Shown here: positions 1 through 11,942 of the stretch, piece after piece | Position numbering within the stretch: the first letter of the stretch is position 1 | Layout: each line of letters opens with the position of its first letter | Virus record (IMG/VR): IMGVR_UViG_3300011005_000062 | Span: 1 to 64,000 of that record | Strand: one strand, 5' to 3' | DNA: 64,000 nucleotides | Source of the DNA: a virus | Notes under the pieces: model-generated | The model's database searches: none | What the model saw: the letters and a program-made list of their open reading frames with translations, nothing else | What the model was told of the DNA's origin: nothing | Translations under genes and position numbers: made by a program

Positions 1-1627
1 ATATATAGTATTATTTGCTATATTTGTATTACTTCCTTGTAATATACTATAATTAACAGGATCATATTCTGCTGTATCGCTACTACTATAATTTAATATA
101 CTACCAGATTCAGTAGTGACATTTATTAATTTAGCTTGTGTTATATTAAAATTCAATTTACCTCCATCACTAATAGTTAAATTATTAAATGTTTCTCCGG
201 CTTCACAATCTATTGTTACTCCACTTGGTATTGTATAATTTTCAGCATATACACTAATTAATGGATTAATGAAATAATTATTATTTAATACATCTATTAA
301 ATATGTATTATTTGCTGCAAATGTTGGTAAATGATTTAATAATTTAGCATTTATTGGAAATTCAATGAATAAATTATCTATTGCTGCTTTAAATTTAATA
401 TAAGATCTTATACCAGATTTTGTATATCTATCATCATTTGTTGGTGATGTTAATATTAATGAACTTACTAAACCGTCTATATTGTAATATATACCTCCAC
501 TTAATTCTAATTCAATATTTTCATCCAAATTATCTACTGTTATAAATTCTAATGGAATATATGTACCATCTGGTATTCTACCATTATCTTTAAGTTTTAG
601 TAAACCATTTGGTTCATTTAAGCCAACACCATCTATTTTTAAATTACTTCCAGAATAATTATATTCTGTAGTTTGTTCATTATAAGTAAGATCACCAAAT
701 TCAAAATCTAATGATCCACTAAATGTAAAACCAAAATTAGATTGATCAACTGTTGTAAAATTAAATTTATCTTTATATACAGTAAAATCACTATAATAAT
801 ATAATGTTTTATATCTATCATTCGCATGATTTTTAATATTAACAAACTTATTATCTTCATTTCTATTAATTTCTATTCCAATACTTTCATGCGAATTATT
901 TTCATTTTCTCCCACATCAACATTATATAATCCTATATGCATTGATTTTTGTTCAAGCAAATTATCGTCAAACACTAAATCATTTGGATTTATAGCAATT
1001 CCTGAAGTATTTGTAATGCCCTTACCTAATTTTACATCTAATAAACTGCTTACTGTACCATTTCCACTTAAAACTCCACTTGGATTAATATGTATATCAC
1101 TTATTGAATCATATAAATTTGTTGGAATTTTTCCAGTTTCATCTACTATAACAAAACTACCACTAGTATTTTGAGCATTACCATTTAATCTGACTATTGA
1201 TTGATTTGCATCACCGGCTTATATTAATATCTAAAATATTAGCATCAACGACACTATTATAATTAGTTGTTATATTAAAATATGTATCAGCTATACTTTG
1301 TTTTTTACCATAAATACCATTTTCAAGACTTAATTTTATTTCTCGTCCACCGTCATTTATATCAATAAATGCATCTGCACCATATTGTAAACTTTTTACA
1401 GTTATTAAATTGGTTCCATCATTTAATAATGTTATTTGTTTATCACTTGATAAATTAGTATATACACCACTAATTGGAATATAACCACTAAGATCATCAC
1501 TACCACCATTAACTGGTTGATAGTTATTGCTACCGCTTGTACTATAATACATTTGACTTGTTTCAGTATCTATACCAACTAAAATATTAGTTATACATGG
1601 TATATTAATAGGAGAAATTTGAGACAT
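1..1627 (-). CDS. Structural/tail-type protein, 3' end outside window; recoded at CGGT 1213..1216
   Basis: ORF 1211..1627 ends ...DINIS-CGG-TGA; taking CGGT as one four-base codon continues as GDANQSIVRLNGNAQNTSGSFVIVDTGKIP... and stays open to base 1. Confidence 0.75.
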
Positions 1628-1777
1628 AATATTTTTAACCTTTATTTAAATATTTTATATAATTATTTATTAATTAAAAAATGAACAATTAAAATTATTT
1701 TAATTGTCCATTGTCAACTATATATATTAATATAATTTTGTTATAACATATGTATTAATATGATTTTAAAAATATAT

Positions 1778-3166
1778 TTAAATTTTTTTACTTAAAGTAT
1801 TTAAATCAGTTAACCACATATCTTCAATAGTAATTGCTTTAATTTTATTAAATTCTTCTTTTAACTCTTTTAATTTATCTTTTAGTTTTATATAATATTC
1901 TTTAGTAATATTATACATTGACATATTTAACAAATAATCATATTTTTCATTAACTTTAATAATATTTTTTGTAGAATTTAATTGTTTTTCAATTTGTTGA
2001 TATGGTTTATTTTTAATAACAATATTACCATCAATTACACCTTTTATAAATGTATATTTAGAAAGATCTTGTAATATTTTATCAGTAATTTTTTTAATTT
2101 TTAATTCTTTACGTTTAACATAATAAGAATATCTTATATTAAAATATTCATTTAAAATATCATTTATTGAAGAATATTCAACTACTTTATTATCAGCATT
2201 TAGTGAAGTATAACATTCAGTTACTATTTTTACTAATTTTAATTCTTTATAAATATCACAATTATCAATATCTAGTCCTTGATTTCTATAAAAAGTAACT
2301 ACAATTTTATATTCATTTGCTTCACTATAATCATTATAATCTTTAATTTTTTTATCATCTACTAATTTATCTAATATTGATAGATAACTATTTAAATCAC
2401 TATATCCAGCTATACCAGGACCACAAGGAATATCATTAATTTCTATTTTATTTGTACCAATTTTTTGATAACTTCCATATATATCAAATGTATTATTATC
2501 TATTTGTTTAATAGTTCCTTTAAATCCTTTATAATAAGGTAATAATTTACCTGTGTATTTTTTATTAGTTAATTTACATTCTATCCATTTAATTAAATCT
2601 TTTGGATTCCTAGGTAATATTTTTTGACTAAATCCAGTAGTTAATCCAATACTACCATTGACTAATAACATTGGAATAATTGGTACATAATATTTAGGTT
2701 CAATTATATCACCTTCAAATTCCTGTTGAATTAATAATTCAGTATCTTCTGGATTAAATATATTATCCAAATAATCTTCTTTACAAGTAAAGATATAACG
2801 ATCAGCAGACGCTTCAGGAATTAACCTAGTGCCAAAATTTCCTTTACGTTTTAACAATGGAATATTATTAGTTCCAACAAAATCTTGTGCCATACCAACA
2901 ATAACACCATATAATGATACTGCACCATGTATATAATTAGTTTTTTCACTAACTCTAGCACATAAATTTTGTACCTTAAATGGTTCTTTTATATTATCTT
3001 TTAATATAATATGTAAACATTTTCTACTAGATACTTTATTTCCATCTATAATATTCCCAATTTTTCTCCAGTTATCATATGTACCGAAATCACAATAACT
3101 TGTATTAAAAAACTCTGTTATATCTAATTTATTTTCTTTTACTTGATTATTCATATATTTAAACAC
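1778..3166 (-). CDS. Type II topoisomerase A-type subunit (T4 gp52-like)
   Basis: GyrA/ParC-like segments: VSEKTNYIHGAVSLYGVIVGMAQDFVGTNNIPLL, GNFGTRL, ASADRYIFT, PIIPMLLVNGSIGLTTGFS. Confidence 0.92.
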   Translation of the reverse strand: MFKYMNNQVKENKLDITEFFNTSYCDFGTYDNWRKIGNIIDGNKVSSRKCLHIILKDNIKEPFKVQNLCARVSEKTNYIHGAVSLYGVIVGMAQDFVGTNNIPLLKRKGNFGTRLIPEASADRYIFTCKEDYLDNIFNPEDTELLIQQEFEGDIIEPKYYVPIIPMLLVNGSIGLTTGFSQKILPRNPKDLIKWIECKLTNKKYTGKLLPYYKGFKGTIKQIDNNTFDIYGSYQKIGTNKIEINDIPCGPGIAGYSDLNSYLSILDKLVDDKKIKDYNDYSEANEYKIVVTFYRNQGLDIDNCDIYKELKLVKIVTECYTSLNADNKVVEYSSINDILNEYFNIRYSYYVKRKELKIKKITDKILQDLSKYTFIKGVIDGNIVIKNKPYQQIEKQLNSTKNIIKVNEKYDYLLNMSMYNITKEYYIKLKDKLKELKEEFNKIKAITIEDMWLTDLNTLSKKI

Positions 3167-3232
3167 TTTTCTTTTAATTAAATAACATTATTATTAATAT
3201 AATATATTTTTTGAAAAAATACACCTATACCA

Positions 3233-5413
3233 TTATTTGGAAATTTCAATTACAAAATCTTTTTGATTAATAACATCTGTTACCGTAGAAGTATTAAAGG
3301 TTGAATTATAATAATATATAGAAAAAGAACTACTTGTACCACTATTGCATATACGCTCTTTTTTAATAATACTATATATATTATTTGTATTTAAATCTTT
3401 AACTAAATTTGTAATTATATATTTTTCTGATGTTGATTGTGGTACTTTATTGCATCCACTAGAAATATAATATTGATTATAATATTTAAATATTAATTTC
3501 CAATTTTGGCATTTACATAAATAATTTAATATTATTAAAGCACTTTTATAATTAATGATAGGCATTATTGAATAATCTAAATATTGATATACATTAGCGC
3601 CATCTTTTATAGCTATAGTATATGTTCCGTGTATATTGAAATCCACTACTGTTAACAGTACTCCAATAATATTTACTACCATTGGATTGATAACATTGAT
3701 ATGCCATATTTTGGGTATAATTACTATTTGTATGACCAACATATTTAATTATAGGTGAACTACTATATATTTCAGAATTTGCAGTTGGTATAATAGAAGA
3801 AACTCTTGGATTATACTTTGAATTTATTGAACTACTTGCTGTACTACTTGCACCATAATAAACATATGCATGTCTGGTATCACTTGATCTATCTTCAAAT
3901 ACATAATTATCACTTTTAACAGAAGATTGTGAATTATATGCAGAAATTAGTTTATATAAAAATAATTTATTGGTATTATATGAATGATTATATTTAGATC
4001 CTATTTCATTTACCATTGTATATAATTCATTTAAATTAGAATTTAGATTATATGATTTAACAGAATTAGTTGTTAATTCGGTATTGATTTGTGAAGATAA
4101 AACTGTTGAAAAATATTGATACAATGGATAAGTTGACTTTTCTTTAGCATGTATAACACCATTAGTATTTGTAGTTGTTTCTGCAGATAATAATGGATCA
4201 TTTAAACATCCACCAGTTAATACACCAACTGCTAAATCATGATAATATTTAGCATAATACTTTTTAAATGGATCAACTTCACCAGAAATTAACTTATAAT
4301 TATTATATGTTTGTTTACTTAATATAATATAATTAATTGTTGGATTAATAAATGAAGATAATTCAGATGATTTCCAATTTATTGTAAATGGATTAACATT
4401 ATATGAAAGTATGCCACTTATATCTTCTGTACTTGAAATTTGTCCACCTGTAATACTATATGATTCATTATTAATAATAAAAATTCCAGTAGGTACATAA
4501 CTTGTTATTTTTTCTGCATTATAATTTATATATATCGGATTATTTTGTCCGATATTCCTCAGTAGTTAATCCAGACAAACATATTTCATTATATATTAAT
4601 TTTAATTTTGCATTATTATATTGAGTAGGAACTATTTGTAGTGTAGATACCATTATTTCATTTTTTCTAGTTATAGCACTAGGTTCCATATTAGCACTTA
4701 AACTATTATATTCTTCATTTAATTCAGTTAATATGTTAATATAATTATCATTTAATCTATCATTATATGAAGATATTGAAATTTCTTGTCCATCAATTTT
4801 TATATATTCTATATTATTTTTATAATATCCAGTAATTTCTTCAGATAGAGATTTGCCAGAAGGTATATATTCATATACTTTAGTATCATATAAATAATCT
4901 ATATTATACGGAATATATTTACTAACTATTAATGGTTTATTTACATATTCTGTAGTTGAAATATTACTGCTTGTAATATAATATGGATATCCAAAAGAAG
5001 TAACACTACTTGTTAAATCTATATTTAATCCGAGTTAACTCTATATTACTATCTATTTTTACACCATTATTCAACCATTCTGGATATTTTTTAACATCAT
5101 TGTTATTAACAATTAATGCGGTATTAAATTTCATATTATTTTTATCTTTAGTATAATCTATATTATCCCATGCTATATTTAATGTATTAGTATTATAATC
5201 AACATAACATGTAAATTCAAGATCAATAAATTTTTGTTGACACATAGATAAAAATTCATTAAATAAATTACTACCATTATAATCATTAGCAGTAATTTTT
5301 CTATCTAAATTTAATATACCATTACATGCAATATTATATATTTCACTTGATATAATTTCTTTTACTTTTTCTTCAGCAAGTTGTTGTACTTTTTCTTTTG
5401 TATATATTGCCAT
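3233..5413 (-). CDS. Large structural-type protein, about 725 aa when three CGGA sites are read as four-base codons
   Basis: ORFs 5006..5413, an unlisted open frame, 3594..4124 and 3233..3742 join at CGGA 5029..5032, 4548..4551 and 3626..3629. Distances between sites (477 and 918 nt) and the terminal block (393 nt) are exact multiples of three. Confidence 0.8.
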
Positions 5414-5415
5414 AA

Positions 5416-5694
5416 TTAATTATTTAACTCATCTTTTACATTTTCAAAAAACTCATTTATACTAATCCACTTAGTAATATTTTCCCAATTAATATATATT
5501 CCACCCTTTTCAATGTGTCTTTTAACAAGAATATTACCAAGTTCATCAAAACTTTGATCAATAAAAAAACCTTCACCAAAATAATTATGCTCTTTACTAT
5601 ATACAATTAATCGTTGAGGTAAAATATCATTATTATTTATATGATTGATATTTGGAATTTCTTTATTAGATTTCCAATTAAACACATTAAACAT
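5416..5694 (-). CDS. Hypothetical protein
   Basis: Intact 92 aa ORF, directly upstream of the structural gene. Confidence 0.6.
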   Translation of the reverse strand: MFNVFNWKSNKEIPNINHINNNDILPQRLIVYSKEHNYFGEGFFIDQSFDELGNILVKRHIEKGGIYINWENITKWISINEFFENVKDELNN

Positions 5695-5706
5695 ATTTAT
5701 CTCTCC

Positions 5707-6717
5707 TTAATTTTTTAATCTTTCTATTAATGTATAAATATATGATTTACAATTATTTATAATATTATTTTTTACATTTAGCTCTTTTTTAATATGATTA
5801 GTTAAAAATTTCCAATGTTTATTACTATATATTCGTACAATTGTACTAAATAATAATATATTTTGTATTTCTATTGGTAATTGTTTATATTTAATACTAC
5901 TAATAAATGCACTAGTAGAATGTATTAAAAACCAATTAAATTTATTTTCTATATTATTTAAATATAATTTTAAACCATTAACTGTATCACAACACATTTC
6001 TAAAAATTCGCTATTATTTAAAATATGTATTATAAAATCATCTAATTCATCTTTTGTTTTTAATGAATAACCTGCTTTCATTGCTATTTTAATTATTTTA
6101 TCAGATAGTTGAATATCATTAATGATAAAAGTTTTATCAAAATTAAACTTATCAAAATAATGATTTATTTCATGATCTAAATGATATTCTAATTTAGAAT
6201 TATCAGTATTGTTTATAAGATTACCATTTAATATTATACAACAACCATACTCTAAATGTTCACTATTATTAAAATTAATAGCTTTTAGTTCTTTATTACT
6301 AAATGTATTTAATATATTATTTTTACTTTGTTGATTAATATTAATTAAATTTAATATTTTATTTAAGTTTTGTTTAAAATATATAATGTAAAATTTAAAT
6401 AAAGAAGGATTTTTAAATGTTTTTGAAATATTATAAAATTGTTGATAATATTTCCAATTAATTGTTGATATATTTAATATATCACTAAGAGAATATTCAA
6501 TAACTATTCCATAATTATGATTATCATTATTTATTTTTTTAATAATATCTTGTAATAATTCATATGGTGTAAATAATTCACTATTCCATTCATTAATTAT
6601 ATGTTTATATGTCCACCAAAATTTTGATATAGATTGATTTAATGGATAATCTAATATTGATTTAAAATATCCATTATCATTTTTAACATAATATATTTTA
6701 CTATTAATATCTTTCAT
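5707..6717 (-). CDS. Hypothetical protein with possible zinc-protease HExxH motif
   Basis: 336 aa ORF containing LEYHLDHEINHYFDKF (HEINH). Confidence 0.6.
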   Translation of the reverse strand: MKDINSKIYYVKNDNGYFKSILDYPLNQSISKFWWTYKHIINEWNSELFTPYELLQDIIKKINNDNHNYGIVIEYSLSDILNISTINWKYYQQFYNISKTFKNPSLFKFYIIYFKQNLNKILNLININQQSKNNILNTFSNKELKAINFNNSEHLEYGCCIILNGNLINNTDNSKLEYHLDHEINHYFDKFNFDKTFIINDIQLSDKIIKIAMKAGYSLKTKDELDDFIIHILNNSEFLEMCCDTVNGLKLYLNNIENKFNWFLIHSTSAFISSIKYKQLPIEIQNILLFSTIVRIYSNKHWKFLTNHIKKELNVKNNIINNCKSYIYTLIERLKN

Positions 6718-9038
6718 ATCTTAAAAATACTAAATTCATTATTATTTAAATATTCTTTACGTTTATCACTAGATTTACTATTTAACCAATTATCAATAGT
6801 ATCTTTATATTTTTCATCATCAATGAATGTTTCTAAGAAATATTCAATACCATACTTTTCAATTAATGGCTTTAAATCATCTGGTTCCCAACTACCTAAA
6901 CCTTTATAATAATGAACTTTTAAATCAGAAGTATTGTGTTCTTTAATAAATTGATTATATTCATCTAATGTAAAAAAGAAATGTTTAATTTTATCAGATT
7001 TATCTTTAAATACAATAATTGGTGTTCTTAAATGTTTTAATCTTCCTTGAGTAATAACATCAGGATAATATTTACAGAAAAATCCTAAATATAATCCAAC
7101 AATATGTGAACCATCACAATTATGTGTTAATATTAATTCTTTATCATTATTTTCAATAAAAAATGTATTATCATCTTGTACAGTTATATCAATAAATTTA
7201 GTTTTAGGAATAATTGTACAATATTCTATTCTTGTTGGAGTTACTAAATCATATTTAATATCTAAACTTTTATGATTATCTTTATATTTTAATAATTGAT
7301 CGGTATCTCTTAAATCTTTTGCTAAAATATATTCTATTTTATTATTTCTTACTATAACTAATTTATGATTTGTAGATACCTTTATATCTTTACCATTAAG
7401 TATGATTTTTATACATTCGGTTTTATATGATTCAACTATATTAACTATAGGTTTACATCTATTTAAATGTGTTAATACCTTATCACCATATTTAATTTCA
7501 TTTAGTGGTACTAATCCTCTTGTAGTATAAACTTTTGTATGTTCTTCTAAACAATCAGCATCTGTTGCAAGAATAATATTTTCATATGTTAATGATTGAA
7601 TTGTATCTTTAAATGAAAGATTTAATATTTTAATCATTTCTGATAATTCAACATTATCTGATAACTTAGCAACAGTAGCTTCATATGCATTTAATGGTAC
7701 ACCTCTAGTAGCATAATATCCATACATACTTCTTCCTAAACATGCACTTAATCCACCAGATGCAGAAGCACCTTCACAAATTAAATAATATTTATTTTCT
7801 TTAGTTGCTGGTAAAAATTTATCACTTTTAAATCTTTTATTACTTTTATTTAAACTATTTAATGCTTGACGATTCTTTAATTCTTCTTTTATTTTAAATG
7901 TTTCCAGAATTGGATCCATTATTTCATTACACTTAACTATTTTTTGTGCAAATGCATCCCAATCAACATCTTTTAAAAATTGTTTAATTTGACTTACATC
8001 ACTACTAAAATTCTCTTTAGTTTGACTATTAAACATTGGATTTATAAATTCTCTAAATATAATAATATATGTTAATTTATTCTTTATATCACCTGGTTTA
8101 ATACTATTATATTTTTTACTTAATTTATCTTTAATTCTACCAATTAATTCACTATGAATATAATCAATATGGTTGCCACCATTTATACAATCAGCACCAT
8201 TAATATATGATTTATGGGTAAAATCATCATTATGATTAGGTATAATACCAATTGTATATTTAGATGGTTTATTATCATCAGTAATTGCTACAAATTTATC
8301 AGCAAATACAGACATTATATTTTTACTATTTTTAAATCTTACTATCTTTCCATTAAATTTAAATGTAATTTCTGGGTACATATATGATAAAAACATAAGT
8401 CTTTGATATAAAAGATTTTTATGTATTTCATCAATTTCTGTTAAACCAAATCTTGCAAAATCTGGTTCAAATTCAATTATTGTACCTGTAGTATCAGATA
8501 CATAATCACTAATAACACATTTCTTAGTAGATAAATTATTTTTACAAGTTAATACACCTTTTCGTTTGCCATCATATACAGTAGCTTTAAATAATAAAGA
8601 AAATATATTAGTTAATGATGATCCAACACCATTCATACCTAATAAATTTCTACCTTCATCATCATTAAAATTCGATCCAGCACGTAATTCAGTTAATGCC
8701 AATTCTAATTGAGATTTTTTACTACCTTCAGCCAAGTCTAATGGAATACCTCTACCATTATCACTAATCTTTATTCGATTATTTTTAACTTCTACTGTAA
8801 TATTAGTTCCAAATTTAAATCCAGTTCTAATACTTTCATCAACACTATTATCTAATATTTCATAAATGATTTTTAATAATCCTGGCACATATTCAAATTC
8901 TTTATATTCAAACTTTTCACTTTCTTTATTTAATATAAAAGTTTCACATTTAGTTTTTGATATAGATCCGATATATTGTCCACATCGTTTTAACACGTGA
9001 TCTCTTTCCGAAATTTGTACAATTTTATTTTCTTTCAT
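6714..9038 (-). CDS. Type II topoisomerase B-type subunit (ATPase/TOPRIM) with in-frame intein
   Basis: GyrB-like EILDNSVDE, ISDNGRGIP, GLNGVG-like LLGMNGVGSS, EGASASGGL, IILATDAD|intein|CDGSHIVGLYLGFF, YYKGLGSW. Confidence 0.95.
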   Translation of the reverse strand: MKENKIVQISERDHVLKRCGQYIGSISKTKCETFILNKESEKFEYKEFEYVPGLLKIIYEILDNSVDESIRTGFKFGTNITVEVKNNRIKISDNGRGIPLDLAEGSKKSQLELALTELRAGSNFNDDEGRNLLGMNGVGSSLTNIFSLLFKATVYDGKRKGVLTCKNNLSTKKCVISDYVSDTTGTIIEFEPDFARFGLTEIDEIHKNLLYQRLMFLSYMYPEITFKFNGKIVRFKNSKNIMSVFADKFVAITDDNKPSKYTIGIIPNHNDDFTHKSYINGADCINGGNHIDYIHSELIGRIKDKLSKKYNSIKPGDIKNKLTYIIIFREFINPMFNSQTKENFSSDVSQIKQFLKDVDWDAFAQKIVKCNEIMDPILETFKIKEELKNRQALNSLNKSNKRFKSDKFLPATKENKYYLICEGASASGGLSACLGRSMYGYYATRGVPLNAYEATVAKLSDNVELSEMIKILNLSFKDTIQSLTYENIILATDADCLEEHTKVYTTRGLVPLNEIKYGDKVLTHLNRCKPIVNIVESYKTECIKIILNGKDIKVSTNHKLVIVRNNKIEYILAKDLRDTDQLLKYKDNHKSLDIKYDLVTPTRIEYCTIIPKTKFIDITVQDDNTFFIENNDKELILTHNCDGSHIVGLYLGFFCKYYPDVITQGRLKHLRTPIIVFKDKSDKIKHFFFTLDEYNQFIKEHNTSDLKVHYYKGLGSWEPDDLKPLIEKYGIEYFLETFIDDEKYKDTIDNWLNSKSSDKRKEYLNNNEFSIFKI
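7119..7553 (-). other. Mini-intein (145 aa, no obvious endonuclease domain) within TOPRIM motif
   Basis: Begins CLEEHTKVYTTRGLVPLNEIKYGDKVLT, has DIKVSTNHKLVI (block B-like TNH), ends DNTFFIENNDKELILTHN before +1 Cys. Removal restores ATDADCDGSHI. Confidence 0.92.
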
Positions 9039-9081
9039 ATCAATATCTTTCCAATTATTATAATATATATTTAATAATAAT

Positions 9082-10453
9082 TTAATTTTCTTTTTTATAA
9101 ACTATATATCCACAATTTTCAACTATATAATTGTTCCTATTAATACATTTTGGCGGAATATTACATATAAATATATAATTAGGTATAATTAAATTATTAT
9201 ACCAAGAATAATCTAATATTAATTCTGTTTGATTAAACTGCAATTTTTCATTATATGTAAAAATATTAATTAATTTTTGTTTAATTTCTTCTTTATTATT
9301 ATCCCATTCATCTTCCCATATATGTATTAATCTATAACCTTTTTTATTACATTGTATTGTTTTATTTAAATGATAATTATTTGGAGTACGCACTATACTA
9401 TGATAATAATTTCCATTAAATTCAATTGCTAATTTTAATTCTTCAATAACAATATCTAATTCTAATGGTTTTATTATTTTTTTATTTTTAGATATATTTG
9501 GAAAATATAATTTACAGAAATCAAACAATTCTTTTTCTTTATTAGAGATTCCAATATATTTAGGATAACATTTTAAACATCTTGGTATATTTCTATCAAT
9601 ATTTGATAAATGTCCAGTAGTATAAATTTTTTGAGTAAATTCATTACCGACATTTAACACATTTCCAATTATATTGTTTATTTCCACCAGTATATTCTGA
9701 ATGTGAAAATAATGGAATTATATAATCTTTCCATGTAAGTATTCTATTCCATCCGCGTTCAATATTAATATCATAATATCCATTTTTAATATAAGAATTT
9801 TCTTTTCTTTTATTTTCAATATATTTATAATACTTTTCTAATGAACCATATTTTTAATGAATGTATTTTTAATTTTATCTTTAACTTCTTTTAATTGAAA
9901 AACATGAGTAACACCATATTTTTTTAAACATGTTTGTTTTAATGCAGATTGTTTTATATTATTTGCATTTTCAATAGATCCGATATTTAATTATTTTAGT
10001 TTTATTTGTTTTTTCTTGTCGTTTTTTCCAATAAAATTTATCTTGTAATACGTGTTGATGTATAGTATTATCTATTTTAGTTTTAACAATTTCACTTTGT
10101 AATACATTTAATACACCATATTTTTTTAATACACATTCTTTTTTATGTTCTAAAAATATTTTGCTCGAATTACAACAAATTAAAGAACAATATTTTTTAT
10201 TTCTTTTAGAAAAGGTTAACTCTTTTCCACATCCTAAACATTTTGGAAGCTGAATATTTAATACTATTTTATATAAAATATGTTTTATTGTTTCCCAATT
10301 TGGATAAACTTCTAAATATTGTTGTAAATATTCAACTATTTCTAAATGATTTTTTAAAAATTTTGGTGCTCTTGTTTGTATTTTATTAATAGAAAAATCA
10401 TTTTTAAAATATTCTTTAATTATATTTTCATATTTTACATTAATTTTAAACAT
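9082..10453 (-). CDS. Homing-type endonuclease (Vsr/PD-(D/E)XK-like) with two four-base CGGN sites and one extra frame break
   Basis: ORF 9971..10453 joins via CGGA 9979..9982 (KY-G-SIENANNIKQSALKQTCLKKYGVTHVFQ) and via CGGT 9646..9649 (WKCVKC-G-NEFTQK) to ORF 9082..9687 (LDIVIEELKLAIEFNGNYYHS). One -1-type break lies near 9847..9858. Confidence 0.75.
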
Positions 10454-10605
10454 TTTATTAAATATATTATTTAAATTTTAAATATATTTATTAATATTAT
10501 TGTATAATACTAAACACACCATGCTATATATCAGTAAATATATTATACAATAAGTAATGCATGTTCAATGTCCGTAAGCTGTGTAATTTTATTTTCTTTC
10601 ATATT

Positions 10606-11010
10606 TTAATATCCTACTATTTCATATGTATTAGTTAAACAATTAATATATTTTTTAGATATTTCATTTGGTATATTAACTTTATTTATAATAAATTTAT
10701 TTTTATCTTTTATATTTCCTATATCTTTATCTTTTATACAAAATTCATTATATACTAAATTAACTTTGAGATTAACACATATAAATACATGATTTAATCC
10801 ACTTTTATCTATACCTAAATATATATACAATTCTTCATTATCATCAGATAATACATTTGAAAAATTATTAATATACACTAATGTATATAAACCATATTTA
10901 TTTGTTAAAACATCTTTATATTTAAAATAATTTTCACAATATTCTTTTAAATTTTTATGTTTTAAAATAAATTCATGCTCTAAAATTGTATTAAGTTTAT
11001 TTAATTGCAT
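10606..11010 (-). CDS. Hypothetical protein of the MNxxKLNxxL family
   Basis: MQLNKLNTILEHEFILKHKNL N-terminus resembles many other ORFs in the window. Confidence 0.5.
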   Translation of the reverse strand: MQLNKLNTILEHEFILKHKNLKEYCENYFKYKDVLTNKYGLYTLVYINNFSNVLSDDNEELYIYLGIDKSGLNHVFICVNLKVNLVYNEFCIKDKDIGNIKDKNKFIINKVNIPNEISKKYINCLTNTYEIVGY

Positions 11011-11396
11011 TTGTTATTTTAATATAATATATTTAAAAATAATATAAACAATTTATTCCCATTTATTTAAACTATATACTTTAAATTTACAATTATTTTG
11101 TTCTGCTAATTCTTTTAAATAAAAATGATTAATTACTTGCTTAGCGCGTTTAGGATCATCAAACATTAAATAATTAGGTTTTAATGTATAATTAAATTCC
11201 TCTAATTTTACTCCATAAAATGGATCATTTTTTAATTTTGTATATTGTCTAACAACTACTTGTTTATAATCATCTGTAATTATTACACATTTAATTTTAT
11301 TTTTATTATTCATAATATTCACCTCATTAAAATAATAAATGGATGTAATCCAAATTATTAACTACATCCATTAAAATAAATTTATTTTTTATATTT

Positions 11397-11657
11397 TTAA
11401 AGTTTATTAATGTCTGCAATTAACTTTGTAGCTGGCACCGGATGTTCCCATTTAATTTTAATTTGATTATTTTCTTCATACCAAGCGCAACCGCTATGTG
11501 TTATACCATTTTCTCTAGCATATTTACTACCATCATCTGTGGTAACATCAATTTCTACATATTCTGCATTAATTTGTTCTGCCGCTGATTTTACCTGTGG
11601 TGCAAATAATTTACATGGTCCACATGTTGGTGATTTAAAAATAACTAATTTCTTCAT
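11397..11657 (-). CDS. Thioredoxin-like protein
   Basis: MKKLVIFKSPTCGPCKLFAPQVKS... CGPC active-site motif and thioredoxin-like spacing. Confidence 0.85.
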   Translation of the reverse strand: MKKLVIFKSPTCGPCKLFAPQVKSAAEQINAEYVEIDVTTDDGSKYARENGITHSGCAWYEENNQIKIKWEHPVPATKLIADINKL

Positions 11658-11942
11658 ATATTAATTCTCCTTAGTATCTTTAATATTTATATATTTTTCT
11701 ATTTTATCTCCTAAAATACTTACATCACATATAAACCACAATGTTAACCCAACTAAATATATTGTATTAACTATCCAAGCTAAACTAAAAAATGGAGTTT
11801 GGGTAAAACATGAACAAATAATTAATACTAAAATAATTATATCTATTGCACTATGTAAAAATATATCTTTCATTTTTATTTCCTATTTTATTAAATCCAT
11901 ATATTTAAAATAAATCATTTATAATTTTTTAAAATTTACTTT

